Shown: positions 31,134 through 41,105 of the stretch, in pieces
How positions within the stretch are numbered: position 1 is the stretch's first letter
Layout of the letters: each line of letters starts with the position of its first letter
Assembly (NCBI GenBank): GCA_963750165.1
Contig: CAVVPN010000003.1
Coordinates: 1,536,001 to 1,600,000 of the forward strand
Direction: 5' to 3'
Length of the DNA stretch: 64,000 nt
Source: an uncultured Gemmataceae bacterium
GTDB lineage: Bacteria; Planctomycetota; Planctomycetia; Gemmatales; Gemmataceae
Notes under the pieces: model-generated
Databases searched by the model: none
What the model saw: the letters and a program-made list of their open reading frames with translations, nothing else
What the model was told of the DNA's origin: nothing
Position numbers and translations under genes: made by a program

Positions 31134-31605
31134 GCGGGGGGCGACCGTCTTTTCCCGGGGGCACCAGCGTGGACAGCACGTTCAGGTGAGGGCCGGTGGG
31201 CCGCCAGGTTAATTCGTAATCGATGATGGACCGCTGGATGTCCGCGAAGAGGGCCAGTTTCCTGCGGATCAGTTCCATAAGGATGGTGTGCAGGTCCGCG
31301 CGGACCTCGGCGGGGGCCGACTGCAGGGTTTGCTCGATAAACTCCTCGCGCTCGCCTTCCGGCAGGAGGGCCGCGTTCCAGGCGATGACGGCCACGCCGA
31401 GCAACTTGTTGAGGTCCTCCTCCGTTTGCCATTGCCCCTTAAAAGGCTCGATGAACTCCTCGAGCACTTCAGACATCTTGAGTTCGCCGGGCGGCGTGTG
31501 AATGACCAGGGTGTCGCCGGGAAGCCCTTGCGTCAGGCGGCGGCGCTTGCGAAGCCGCTCCTTTCGCTGGTGTTCGCGCTTTTCTTTCTTTTTGCGAGAG
31601 GCCAT
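31120..31605 (-). CDS. hypothetical protein
   Basis: GGAG RBS; basic N-terminus; KMSEVLEEFIEP, IAWNAALLP, LIRRK..LF....R.I.DYEL. Confidence 0.75.
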   Translation of the reverse strand: MASRKKKEKREHQRKERLRKRRRLTQGLPGDTLVIHTPPGELKMSEVLEEFIEPFKGQWQTEEDLNKLLGVAVIAWNAALLPEGEREEFIEQTLQSAPAEVRADLHTILMELIRRKLALFADIQRSIIDYELTWRPTGPHLNVLSTLVPPGKDGRPPLTPG

Positions 31606-31774
31606 GATTGCGGCTCCGTGGGCGACAGCCAACGCGAACCTCTGGTTTTCGCTCCCCATGTCATTTTACCCCTGCGCGGGTCTTCTTCAATCTTCTTTCA
31701 ACCTGCGGTAGAATGCCTTCGGCCGATGGAAACTCGATATCTCTTCCCTGATGACCCCGCACGGAGCTTTGGCG

Positions 31775-32020
31775 ATGAGCAAGATCATCCTGGACACGGA
31801 ACTGAAAGCCCGGTTGAATGGCCTGGACCAGCCCCTGGAATTCTGTGACGCGGACGGGCGAACGCTGGGCCATTTTGTGCCGGTGGACGAGTTTTGGAAA
31901 CTGATGTACGCGCTCGCGGAAGCGGCCTGCCCGCACTCGGAAGCAGAACTCCAGCGCATGCAGGAAGAAAAAGGCGGCGTGCCGCTGGCTGAAATCTGGA
32001 AGAAATTGGGGCAAGCATGA
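31775..32020 (+). CDS. putative antitoxin
   Basis: 81 aa, FCDADGRTLGHFVP...SEAEL.R..EE.GG.PLAEI; ATGA overlap with the RelE-like gene. Confidence 0.7.
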   Translation: MSKIILDTELKARLNGLDQPLEFCDADGRTLGHFVPVDEFWKLMYALAEAACPHSEAELQRMQEEKGGVPLAEIWKKLGQA

Positions 32021-32280
32021 AATGGACAGTCGTGTGGCAGCCGTCGGCGGAACGACGGTTGACTGAGCTCTGGAACAACGGGCCGGATCGCGCCGCGATC
32101 ACCGTGGCTGCCAACGCAATCGACCAGATGCTGGCCAGTAATCCGCTGTCCGTCGGGGAAGCCCGGGACGGCAACAGGCGAATCGTCGTCGTGCCGCCCC
32201 TGGCTGTTTATTACACGGTCAGCGAACCAGATCGTCTGGTGTCGGTATTTGATGTCTGGCGCTGGGGAAAGGCTCCCTGA
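32017..32280 (+). CDS. RelE/ParE family toxin
   Basis: WTVVW.PSAE..L.ELW...ID..L..NP...GEAR....RI....PL.VYY.V.EPDRLV.V..VW. Confidence 0.8.
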   Translation: MKWTVVWQPSAERRLTELWNNGPDRAAITVAANAIDQMLASNPLSVGEARDGNRRIVVVPPLAVYYTVSEPDRLVSVFDVWRWGKAP

Positions 32281-32308
32281 CACAGGGCAGGAATGTCCCA
32301 GACTGCGT

Positions 32309-33498
32309 TCACGCCGCCTGCCTGCGCCGCGTTGCCGCCTCGAAGACGCGCAGCAGTTCCCGATAATGATGCTCGAAGGTCCACTGCTGCCCGGTTCGCC
32401 GCGCCGCCTGGCGCACGCCGCCCGCCGCGCCGGGTCCAGCAGCTGCCCCAGGCACCACGCCAGCCGCTCGTGGTCGTGCGGGTCATCGACGACATAGCCC
32501 TCGCGTGGCGGCTGCAACAGTTCACTGGCGCCGTTGCGGCGCGTCGTCACCACCGGCAGGCCGCACGTCAGCGCCTCCAGCACCACCAGCGAGCACGGGT
32601 CGTAGAACGTCGGATGCACCAGAAAATCCGCGGCGAAGTAGCTGTTGCGCATGTCCGGGCAGGGGCCGACGAAGTAGAACTTCTCGCTCACCCCGAGCCG
32701 CTGCGCCAGCCGCTGATAGCGGCCGTAGTCGAGGCCGCCGGCCACCAGCACGCGGAACGTTTTGGCCGCCGCCGCGAAGTCCGGGTGGTCGCACAGCCGC
32801 CGCACCGCGTGCAGCAACGGCACCAGTCCCTTCAGGCGGTAGTTCATGGCCGCGAACACCGCGATGGTCTCGTGCGCTCCGAAGCCCAGCACTTCACGCC
32901 ATTCAGCGCGGCGGCGCGGCCGGTCGTGCTCCGCGAAGCGCTGCGGGTCGATGGCGCTGCGGACCACATGTACGTCGTCGGAGCCGTAGCCGAGGTACTG
33001 CATGAAGTGCCGCCGCACCATCTGGCTGTTGACGACCACCAGCGGCCGCCGCGGCCCCAGGTACTGGCGGCGCTCCAGGCAGCGGTACGACCAGTGAGCG
33101 AGGTCCAGCCCCTTGGCCACGCGCGCCAGACCGCGCTGCCAGACGGTCGCATGTTTGTCGATGTTGTGCTCCGCGGAGGCGCTGTGCAGGCCGCCCTGCG
33201 GGTACAGCACGTCCTGGCCCCACGTCTTGTCGAAGCCGACGGTCACGTCATGGCGGGCGCCGCGCAGCGCCTCGGCCACGCGCGTCCCGAAGCGCCACGG
33301 CCGCAGAAAACGCGGACCGCCCGGCGCCGGCAGCGCGTGGTAGTGCAGGCCCGGCGGCAGTGCGTCGGCGTCCCAGCGGCAGGCGTACAGGTGGACCTCG
33401 TGGCGATCCGCGACCAGGCGGCGGGCCAGGTCGGCGATGTAGGTTTCGCAGCCGCCGCGGCGCGGCAGCACGCTCTCGTAGCAGAACGCGATGTTCAT
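32309..33498 (-). CDS. GT4 glycosyltransferase (LPS core); frameshift near 32410
   Basis: GGCETY, NYRLKGL, YFAADFLVHPTFYDPCSLVVLEAL.CGLPVVTT..NGASE; the tail AARRTGQQWTFEHHY...* lies in a shifted frame. Confidence 0.88.
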
Positions 33499-35912
33499 GC
33501 CCTGGCCCTCTTGCGATTATGCCGGCGATAACGGCCCCACTTGACGCGCACGCACCAGCGCAGCCAGCGGCCCGCGACCGTGCGCCGCCCCGCCCCCAGG
33601 TAGTGCCGCCAAAAACGCAGGCGGTCGCGGGCGTCAAGGCCCTCGACCTCGGAGGAGTACAACAGCTGCGCCAGATCCTTGACCTGCCACAGCGGCCACG
33701 TCCACAGGTGCCGGCTGAGCCGGTGCAGGTCGATCAGATGCACGCGGCCGTGCCAGTCCGCACCGCCGGCCAGCGCGTCGGCCCGCGGGATGTAGAAGTG
33801 GCACAGATACAGATCCTTGTGGAACCGGCGGCGGCCGTGCAGTTCGCGCGTCAGCCGGGCCAGCTCCGCGATCAGCGTGCGCTTCCAGCGAGCGAACGCG
33901 GCGGCATCGAGGCTTCGGGCCGCCAGCGGGATCGCCTCGTGCAGCGGCAGCATGTCCGTCAATTCCTCGACCGCGAGCACGCTCTGCAGCCGGCCCCAGG
34001 GACCGACGTATTGCCCCACCGCGACGGCACGCGGCACCGCCAGGCCCTGGCTCCGCGCCCATTCGAGGTGCCGCCACTCCTGCAGCGCGGGCGACCAGGC
34101 GGCGTCTGGCCACAGCGTCGCCAGCAGGCCCTGCCACCAGCCCAGGCGGTAATGCCGCTTCAGATAGACGCCCAGGCGCCGGCCGTCCGCATGCAGCACC
34201 CAGCGGCCGGTGGAGCGGCCCTGCTTGGCGTGGAAGCGGTCCGTCACGGCCACCTGCATGATGCGCTCAGGCCAGTCGGCGCCGGCGAACTGCGGCCAGT
34301 CGGGGCGGGCGCGGACGCGACGCACGCCACGCACCAGCCGCTGCCAGAAGGTTTCGCTCATCGCGTCACCCCCTGTCCCGCGCATGGCCCGGGCCAGCCG
34401 TCGCGCCTCCGCCGTTTTCCAGGGCACGCCGAGGTAGTCCAGCAGGAAGCGCAACCGCTCCGTGGAACTGCATATCAACATGTTTTGATCGATCAGGCGG
34501 CGCAGGTCGCGCGCGGCCAGTCGCGACCGTGGTTCGCGGGCGCGGCGCACGCCGTCCAGGTTGGCCAGCAGCACGGAGACGGTGCCACCAACGGCGCGGA
34601 CGGCCAGCCCCTCGGCGGCGGCCAGGGAACAGCCGGCGTCGTGCAGCCGGCGCAGCAGGCGGGCGGCCTGCGCCAGGGCCATCCGCCGGGCCGGACCGGA
34701 GGCGGCACGCAGCCAGTCCGCCAGGCTCACAAGGCCGACGGGCGTCTCGGTCAGCAAGAACGATTGCGCCCGCCACGGCCACAGGAGGCGCTGGCCGAAC
34801 GCCAGCAGCCGCGGCGCCGCGACGCCGTGCCGTTCCAGGCGAAACAGCAGCGCGGCCCGGGCCAGTTCGGGCGAGGTTGGCCTGCTGTGCCGCAACATCC
34901 CGCCCAGCGCCGCCAGTGGCCGGCGGCAGGAACGCCGCGTCAGGGTGCCGAGACGGCCGTGGCCCAGTGCGACGGCGGAGGTCCGCACGCCGTCGAGTCC
35001 CCAGCCGGCATCACCGAGCCGCAGCCAGTGCGGCACACGCCCCGCCAGCTCCGCGGCGAAGGCGGGCGTCACGCACAGCGCCTCACCGTCCAGCCACAGG
35101 ACGCCCGGCCGCTGCCGATCCGGCGTCGCCTCGCGCAGCTCGCGGAGGCGCCGCTTCGTCAGCAACCGATTTGCGTGCCGGCGCACATGCCCGGCGGCGC
35201 GGCGCAGCGGCGGCAGCCCGGGACTGGCACGCAGGTACGCGGCCAGGCAGCGCAGCCGTTCACGCGGCGACACCAGGCCATCCGCCAGCGTGGCGTCGAG
35301 CACGGCCAGGTCACGGCAGCGCCGCGCCCACGGCACCGTCGGCCGCCGCCGCGAGCGCTGCCAGTCGAGGAAGTGCAGGCGTGGCGCACCGTCGTCGTCA
35401 ACGGAGACCAGTACGTGCTTGGCGTACAGGTCGGGGTGGTCGAAGCCCGCGGCGTGGACGCGGGCCAGGGCGCGACCCAGCGCGGCGGCCAGGGCACGGC
35501 GGCGGGCCGGGTCGCGGCAGGCGGCCAGGTGGCGGCGCAGGTCCACGCCGTCGGGCACCTCGCGCAGCAGCAGGAAGGCGCGGCCACTGTGCTCGCCCAC
35601 GGCGACGGGCTCCGGACAGCCGACGCCGGCGGCCGCGAGTTGTTGCAACAGCCGATATTCGCGACGCGACTTGGTGACGAAACCGCAACCCGCCCAGGCG
35701 CTGGCCCAGCGGTCGCGCCAGGCGACGCGGTGTTCGCGCTTCAGGAAGACGGCGAGGCGCTGGCCCGGCGGCCCCAGTTCCAGGCGGGCGACGTGGCGAT
35801 CCGGATGGCCGCAGTGGATCAGGCCGCCGAGACGCAGGAAATCGCCCGCGGCGCTCAGCCCTTCGTGGGCCAGCGCGGCGTGGTGGCGCGGGTGGATTTC
35901 CAGGAACGCCAT
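33495..35912 (-). CDS. LPS kinase (Kdo/WaaP/InaA family), multi-domain; possibly two genes (second ATG at 34361)
   Basis: VFLKRE, HPDLYAKHVL, FLDWQR; a degenerate middle unit; then VYLKRH, HKDLYLCHF, LIDLHR, KDLAQL. Confidence 0.8.
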   Translation of the reverse strand: MAFLEIHPRHHAALAHEGLSAAGDFLRLGGLIHCGHPDRHVARLELGPPGQRLAVFLKREHRVAWRDRWASAWAGCGFVTKSRREYRLLQQLAAAGVGCPEPVAVGEHSGRAFLLLREVPDGVDLRRHLAACRDPARRRALAAALGRALARVHAAGFDHPDLYAKHVLVSVDDDGAPRLHFLDWQRSRRRPTVPWARRCRDLAVLDATLADGLVSPRERLRCLAAYLRASPGLPPLRRAAGHVRRHANRLLTKRRLRELREATPDRQRPGVLWLDGEALCVTPAFAAELAGRVPHWLRLGDAGWGLDGVRTSAVALGHGRLGTLTRRSCRRPLAALGGMLRHSRPTSPELARAALLFRLERHGVAAPRLLAFGQRLLWPWRAQSFLLTETPVGLVSLADWLRAASGPARRMALAQAARLLRRLHDAGCSLAAAEGLAVRAVGGTVSVLLANLDGVRRAREPRSRLAARDLRRLIDQNMLICSSTERLRFLLDYLGVPWKTAEARRLARAMRGTGGDAMSETFWQRLVRGVRRVRARPDWPQFAGADWPERIMQVAVTDRFHAKQGRSTGRWVLHADGRRLGVYLKRHYRLGWWQGLLATLWPDAAWSPALQEWRHLEWARSQGLAVPRAVAVGQYVGPWGRLQSVLAVEELTDMLPLHEAIPLAARSLDAAAFARWKRTLIAELARLTRELHGRRRFHKDLYLCHFYIPRADALAGGADWHGRVHLIDLHRLSRHLWTWPLWQVKDLAQLLYSSEVEGLDARDRLRFWRHYLGAGRRTVAGRWLRWCVRVKWGRYRRHNRKRARA

Positions 35913-36961
35913 CAGGACGCCTTTCTCTTCGGCCAGCGAGCGAGCAGTTCCACAGCGGCGGCGAACACCTCCGCCGTGCTCAGCGTCGTCATGCAGCGGT
36001 GGTCCAGCGGACACGTCCGCTGTTGACACGGGCCGCACTCGACCTGCTTTTGCAAATGCACCGCGGCGGGGTGGTACGTCTCCGTCCAGGCGATGTGCGT
36101 CGGCCCGAACAGCGTCACCTCCGGCCGGGCGAACGCGGCGGCGAAGTGCCGCGGGCCGCTGTCGGTCGTGATGAGCAGGTCGGCCCGGCGGACGCACGCC
36201 TTGGTCAGACCCAGCGACACCGCCTCGTCGGCCAGCGTGTAAACGCCGGACCGGTCGGCGTGGTGTTTGATGAGGCGGGCCAGGTCGCGCTCGGCCGGGC
36301 CACACAGCACCAGCACGCCGCAGCCGCGCTGGTCGATCAGCGTCCGCGCCAGGCGGCCGAACGACTCCGCCGGCCAGTGCTTTGCCGAGCCGAACGCGGC
36401 CCCGGGGTTCAGACAGATCACCTCGGTGTGGTGCGTGAAACCGGCGCGGCGCCAGACGGCGTCGGCGGTCTCCTCATCGGTGCGTGTCGTGAACAGCTCC
36501 AGGCGGTGACCCGGCCACGGACAGCCGGCTCGCTCCGCGAGCAGGTTGTAGGCGTCGATCACCGGGCTCGGTTTCAGCCGGCCGCGCTCGTCGCGATCCG
36601 GCGGCAGACGGTCGGTGAGCAGCCAGCCACGGCCGTAGCGGTCGTGGCCGATGCGGCGCCGGCAGCCGGCCAGCCACGCCACCAGCGCCGGTCGGAACGA
36701 GTTCGGAAAAAGCACCGCCAGGTCGGGGCGGTCGCAGCGCAGCTGCCAGGCGACGCCGGGCCAGCGCCGCGCCCACGGGCCGCGACGGTCGAGCACGAGC
36801 GTGTGGTCGAACCAGGGGCAGCCCTCGATGACGCCGGCGACGTGCGGCCGCAGCACCGCGGTCAGCCGGGCGTCGGCGAAGTGCCGCCGCAGCGCGCGCA
36901 GCGCGGGCGTCGCCATGACGGCGTCGCCCACCCAGTTCGGCAGAAAGACGGCGATGTGCAT
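35912..36961 (-). CDS. waaF: LPS heptosyltransferase II (GT9)
   Basis: LPNWVGDAVMATPAL, NPGAAFGSAK.WP, TTDSGPRH.AAA, LFGPT, C.PC.QR.CP..H.CM. Confidence 0.9.
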   Translation of the reverse strand: MHIAVFLPNWVGDAVMATPALRALRRHFADARLTAVLRPHVAGVIEGCPWFDHTLVLDRRGPWARRWPGVAWQLRCDRPDLAVLFPNSFRPALVAWLAGCRRRIGHDRYGRGWLLTDRLPPDRDERGRLKPSPVIDAYNLLAERAGCPWPGHRLELFTTRTDEETADAVWRRAGFTHHTEVICLNPGAAFGSAKHWPAESFGRLARTLIDQRGCGVLVLCGPAERDLARLIKHHADRSGVYTLADEAVSLGLTKACVRRADLLITTDSGPRHFAAAFARPEVTLFGPTHIAWTETYHPAAVHLQKQVECGPCQQRTCPLDHRCMTTLSTAEVFAAAVELLARWPKRKAS

Positions 36962-36978
36962 GAGAATAAGGTTCAAGG

Positions 36979-37082
36979 ATTAGCCACAGAGGACACCGAG
37001 AACACAGAGAGAAAAACCCAGGTTATCCGACCACTTTTTCTCTGTTTTTCTCTCTGTGCTCTCGGTGTCCTCTGTGGCTAAT
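36979..37082. repeat. AGCCACAGAGGACAC palindrome
   Basis: attagccacagaggacaccgagaacacagaga ... tctctgtgctctcggtgtcctctgtggctaat. Confidence 0.8.
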
Positions 37083-37092
37083 TGAGTTTCGT

Positions 37093-38588
37093 TCAGGCCG
37101 CCTTGAGTTTCGCCAGCACCGTCGTGGTCGAGAAGCCCGGCCGCAGCCGCGCCAGATGCACGCGGCCGCCGTAGGACTCTATAAACTCACTGCCCACCAC
37201 CTCGTCCGGCCGATAGTCCGCACCCTTGATGAGCACGTCCGGCCGCAGCGCCTGGATCAGCGCCAGCGGCGTCGCTTCCTCGAAGACGGTCACGAAGTCC
37301 ACCGCGTGCAGCCCGGCCAGCACCTGCGCCCGCGCCTCCACCGGGTTGACCGGCCGGCCATCGCCCTTGAGCCGCCGCACACTCGCGTCGCTGTTCAGGC
37401 CGACCACCAGCACATCGCCCTGCGCCCGCGCCTCCTGCAAATACTGCACATGGCCGGCGTGCAGGACGTCGAAGCAACCGTTGGTGAACGCCACGCGCTG
37501 GCCCAGCCGCCGCCGGCTCTCCAGCTCGCGGCGCAGCGGCTCCAGTGACAGCACCTTGTCACTGCCGGGTGACGCGCCGTTGTTCACCGTGCCGTTGTAG
37601 AGGATGTCGCGCAAAATCTCGTCGCGTGTCACCGTGGCGACGCCGATCTTCTCCACCTCCAGGCCGCCGGCGACGTTCGCCAAAGCAATGGCCACGTCGT
37701 AGTCGGCGCCCGCCGCCAGCGCCAGCGCCAGCACGCTCAGCACCATGTCGCCGGCACCCGTGATGTCGTACACCTGCCGCGGCCGCGTCGCGAACAGCTG
37801 CCGCCGGCCGTCGCGGTGTGCCAGCGCCATGCCGTCCTTGTCCAGCGTGATGACCGCCGCTTCCAGGTCCAGCTGCGTCTGCAACTGCACCGCTGCCTCG
37901 AACACCTCGGCGGCGCCCGTCAGCGGCGCCCGGCCGGTTGCCAGGCTCGCCTCCAGGCGGTTCGGCGTCAGCGCGGAGCAGCCGTGATATTTGCGGTAGT
38001 CGTGGCCGCGCACCGGGTCGGCGAGCACGCGCAGGCCCAGCGCCCGCGCCCCGGCGATGGTCGCGGCCAGCACGCCCGGCGTACACACGCCCTTGTCGTA
38101 GTCGCTGATGAGCACGATGTCGGTCTTGCGCAACTGCTGGCCGATGACCTGGCACAGGGCCGCCTCGGCGGGTGCCGGCACCGGGCGGCGCACTTCGTAA
38201 TCAACGCGAATCATCTGCTGCGGATGGCGGTGCTGGGCGCGGCCAATGTAGCGCTCCTTGACGGTGGTCGGCCGGTCGGCGTCGGTGACAACGCCCTCGT
38301 GATCGATGCCCAGGTCGGTCAGCGTCTGCCGCAGCCGGGCGGCGTCGGCGTCGGGGCCGACCACGCCGGCCACGGCCACGCGCGCCCCAGCGCTCGCAGC
38401 ATGGTTGCGACGCTGCTGGCGCCGCCGAGGCGCTCCTCGCGACGGTCGGCGTGCAGCAAAATGACGGGCGCTTCCTGGCTGATGCGCTCGGCGTCGCCCC
38501 AGACGTAGCGATCCAGCATCACGTCGCCCACGACCAGCACACGCGGTTGGCCCAGGTTCTGCACCAGTTCGATCAGGTCGGCGGACAT
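37093..38588 (-). CDS. hldE: bifunctional heptose kinase/adenylyltransferase; frameshift at 38385-38388
   Basis: VVGDVMLDRY..G.AERISQEAP, SDYDKG, TPNRLEA, DITGAGD, FTNGCFDVLHAGH, GLNSD.SV.RLKG, KGADY. Confidence 0.93.
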
Positions 38589-38631
38589 GCGCACCTCCGT
38601 GTGCGTTGGGGCGGTCCTTCTTCGCTGCCGG

Positions 38632-38693
38632 CGAGCGGGGTCGCGTCAGCGCCCGTGCGCGGACGCGCACGGGCGCTGACGCGACCCCGCTCG
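38632..38693. repeat. 29-bp-arm REP palindrome
   Basis: cgagcggggtcgcgtcagcgcccgtgcgc-ggac-gcgcacgggcgctgacgcgaccccgctcg. Confidence 0.85.
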
Positions 38694-38699
38694 TTTGAT

Positions 38700-39707
38700 T
38701 TACGCGGCGACGGCCACGTCCGGCGTCACCGCCGGCGCCGCCGCCAGTTCGCAGGCGACCGCAGCCTGCAACAGCGGCAGCAGCAATTCGTGATGGCCGA
38801 TCAACTCGATGCCCTCGCTGCTGGGCCGCTCCAGCACGTTGACGCGCGAACGGTACTGCACCTGCTTGTCGAAGTTGACCGTCACCAGGCCGTCGAGATT
38901 GTGGCCGAAGTTGTGAGCCACCGCCACCGCCTTGACGAACACCTCCGGCATCACCACGGCGCTGCCGAGGTTCAGCCAGACGCCGAACGCCATCCCCGCC
39001 ACGACGCTGCACAGACGGCGGAAGTCCGTCAGCGACGCCTCGCCCAGCGCCGCCCCGGAGACGTGCGGGTGCATATGCACAATGTCGGTGCCCAGCGCGA
39101 CGTGGATGGTGCAGGGGATGCCGGCCCGGTGGGCGGCCAGCACGAGACTGGTGTCGGCGTACGGCGGGTTCAGCGATTCCAGGTGGCGGCCCAGGCCGGC
39201 GCCCAGGCCGATGTCGTTCTCGGCGCCAACGCGGCCGGCAACCGCGAAGGCGTCGGCGGTCTCGCGGGCCATGCCGAACTGGCCGCTCGGCAGCTGGGCG
39301 GCCACGTCCTCACTGGTTTTACCGGCGACCGCCAGCTCGAAGTCGTGGATCGCCGCGGAGCCATTCATCGCCACCGCCCGGAGCACACCGCGGCGGATCA
39401 GGTCAATCAAATACGGGGCACAGCCGGTCTTGATGACGTGGCCGCCCAGCGCCGCGACAACGGTGCGACCGTCGGCCCTGGCCCGGCACAGGTGCTGGCA
39501 GACGCGGCGCAGCTGGTTGGCGGCCAGCTGCCGCGGCAGGCTGGCCAGCCAGTCCGCCAGCGCGACGCCGGCCTCGACGGGATGGCCCAGGTCGTCGTGA
39601 AAGACCTTCGACGGCCGCGACGCGAGTTCGTAGGTCTTCAGGCCGTGCAGATCAAACGGCGCCAGCGCGGTCTGATCGCACCCAGGCGGCAGGTTCCTTC
39701 CGTTCAC
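38700..39707 (-). CDS. conserved uncharacterised protein, deoxyhypusine-synthase-like fold (inferred)
   Basis: GGHVIKTG, AMNGS..IHDFE.A..G.TSEDV, FGMA.ET, HVALGTDIVH, NLGSAV.MPEVF.KA, GHHE; GTGA overlap with lpxK. Confidence 0.7.
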   Translation of the reverse strand: MNGRNLPPGCDQTALAPFDLHGLKTYELASRPSKVFHDDLGHPVEAGVALADWLASLPRQLAANQLRRVCQHLCRARADGRTVVAALGGHVIKTGCAPYLIDLIRRGVLRAVAMNGSAAIHDFELAVAGKTSEDVAAQLPSGQFGMARETADAFAVAGRVGAENDIGLGAGLGRHLESLNPPYADTSLVLAAHRAGIPCTIHVALGTDIVHMHPHVSGAALGEASLTDFRRLCSVVAGMAFGVWLNLGSAVVMPEVFVKAVAVAHNFGHNLDGLVTVNFDKQVQYRSRVNVLERPSSEGIELIGHHELLLPLLQAAVACELAAAPAVTPDVAVAA

Positions 39708-40753
39708 CCGAGCACTTCTTTCAGTTTGTGGTCAAACCCGTCCTGCCCGGCCGTGACCGCGAGTTGAATGCGCAACGCCCACAACTCGCGGTCGCCCAGC
39801 CGGCTCAGCCGCAGTTTGACCAGGTCTTTCTGGGTCGTGACAACCACACACTCCGTTGCCTGTTGCCGTGCCCAGGACCGCAGCTCCTCCACGTCGGTCC
39901 GGGTGTATTGATGATGGTCGGGGTACGTCCGGAAGTCCGTCACCTCCCCCAACCCCGCCAGCGTGCGGCGAAACCCCTCCGGGTTGCCCAGGCCGCAAAA
40001 CGCCACCAGCGACCGCCCCGCCAGCCCCTTCACCGGCAGGGCCTGCCCGTCCGCATTCACCCACGCGGCCGGCTGATGCACCGATTCGGCCACCGTCAGC
40101 CCCGGGGCCACGCGCGCGACACGCTCCCGGATGGCGGCAACCGCCGCGGGCTCCACCTGGTCGCAGCGCGTCAGCAGCGCCACCTGCGCCCGTCGCAGAC
40201 CGCTGACCGGCTCACGCAACAGGCCGCGCGGGAACAGCTGGCCGTGGCCGAACGGGGCCGTCGCGTCGAGCAGCACGATGTCCAGCGCTCGCGCCAGCCG
40301 GCGGTGCTGGAAGCCGTCGTCGAGCACGAGCACTTCACTCTCCAGCTCCTCGACGGCCACCCGCGCCAGCGCCGCCCGGTCGGCCCCCTGCAGGTGCGGC
40401 ACGTCGGGCAGGTTCTCCTCCAGCACCAGCGCCTCATCGTTCACCCCCGCGCTGGCGCCGTAGCCGCGGCTCAGCACGGCGACCCGCAGGTCCAGGCCGC
40501 GGTAAAAGCGGGCGACGTACTCGACACACGGCGTCTTGCCGGTGCCGCCCAGCGTCAGGTTGCCGACGCTGACCACCGGCACCGCAGCCCGCTCGACACG
40601 CCGCCAGCCGCGGTCGTACAGGCCGTTGCGCAGGCGCACGCCGAGGCCGTAGGGAGCGCTCAGCAGCCGCAGCCCCAGGCGCTGCACGGCGGGCCAAATT
40701 CCGCGAGATTTACAGGCGATCAGGTCGTGATACTGTGTGTGCCAGGAACCCAC
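39704..40753 (-). CDS. lpxK: tetraacyldisaccharide 4'-kinase
   Basis: PVVSVGNLTLGGTGKTP, LSRGYG, LDDGFQHRRL.R, PRGLLREP, PDHH.Y, TTQKDLVKL. Confidence 0.95.
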   Translation of the reverse strand: MGSWHTQYHDLIACKSRGIWPAVQRLGLRLLSAPYGLGVRLRNGLYDRGWRRVERAAVPVVSVGNLTLGGTGKTPCVEYVARFYRGLDLRVAVLSRGYGASAGVNDEALVLEENLPDVPHLQGADRAALARVAVEELESEVLVLDDGFQHRRLARALDIVLLDATAPFGHGQLFPRGLLREPVSGLRRAQVALLTRCDQVEPAAVAAIRERVARVAPGLTVAESVHQPAAWVNADGQALPVKGLAGRSLVAFCGLGNPEGFRRTLAGLGEVTDFRTYPDHHQYTRTDVEELRSWARQQATECVVVTTQKDLVKLRLSRLGDRELWALRIQLAVTAGQDGFDHKLKEVLG

Positions 40754-40857
40754 GGTTGGCCCCGCCCGGTCGTGCTGGTTAGCAGGGGGCTGTGTTATAG
40801 CCCGAGTCGCGTTTGGCTGTCAACCGCGCCTTTTTTTAGCGCGCGTGGCGGTTGGGG

Positions 40858-40917
40858 GTAGCGGAAGTCGCCAGACTTCCGTCCAGCGCTACGCGGAAGT
40901 CTGGCGACTTCCACTAC
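40858..40917. repeat. REP-like palindrome
   Basis: gtagcggaagtcgccagacttccg ... cggaagtctggcgacttccactac. Confidence 0.8.
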
Positions 40918-40924
40918 AGACACA

Positions 40925-41043
40925 GGCCGTTCCCCGGAAGCGGGCTGGGCGGCATAATAGGGATAGTGCCAGGGAGGGCTTTCATCTCGTTTCATTTCAC
41001 AGACCCCCTGTCTGCCGCAGGGAACGCGTGGATTCCCTACCCC
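40925..41043 (+). ncRNA. duplicated promoter + conserved non-coding core, copy B
   Basis: TTCCCC-17-CATAAT (40930-40958), then gtgccaggga, TCGTTTCATTTCACAGACCCCCT, gattccctaccc; homologous to 27149-27262 (minus). Confidence 0.45.
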
Positions 41044-41105
41044 CAGCCAGGCGCCGTTTACGTTTCGCGCTCGGTGCGCGCGAAACGTAAACGGCGCCTG
41101 GCTGG
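41043..41105. repeat. CCGTTTACGTTTCGCGC palindrome with extended arms
   Basis: ccagccaggcgccgtttacgtttcgcgc ... gcgcgaaacgtaaacggcgcctggctgg. Confidence 0.85.

Noticed and set aside
31687..32308. C-terminal extension of the GT4 ORF over the TA pair
   Set aside because: Frameshift read-through; the true end is at 32309.
33360..36026. 888-aa plus-strand ORF
   Set aside because: Shadow of the LPS kinase gene; Arg/Pro/Ala-rich without motifs.
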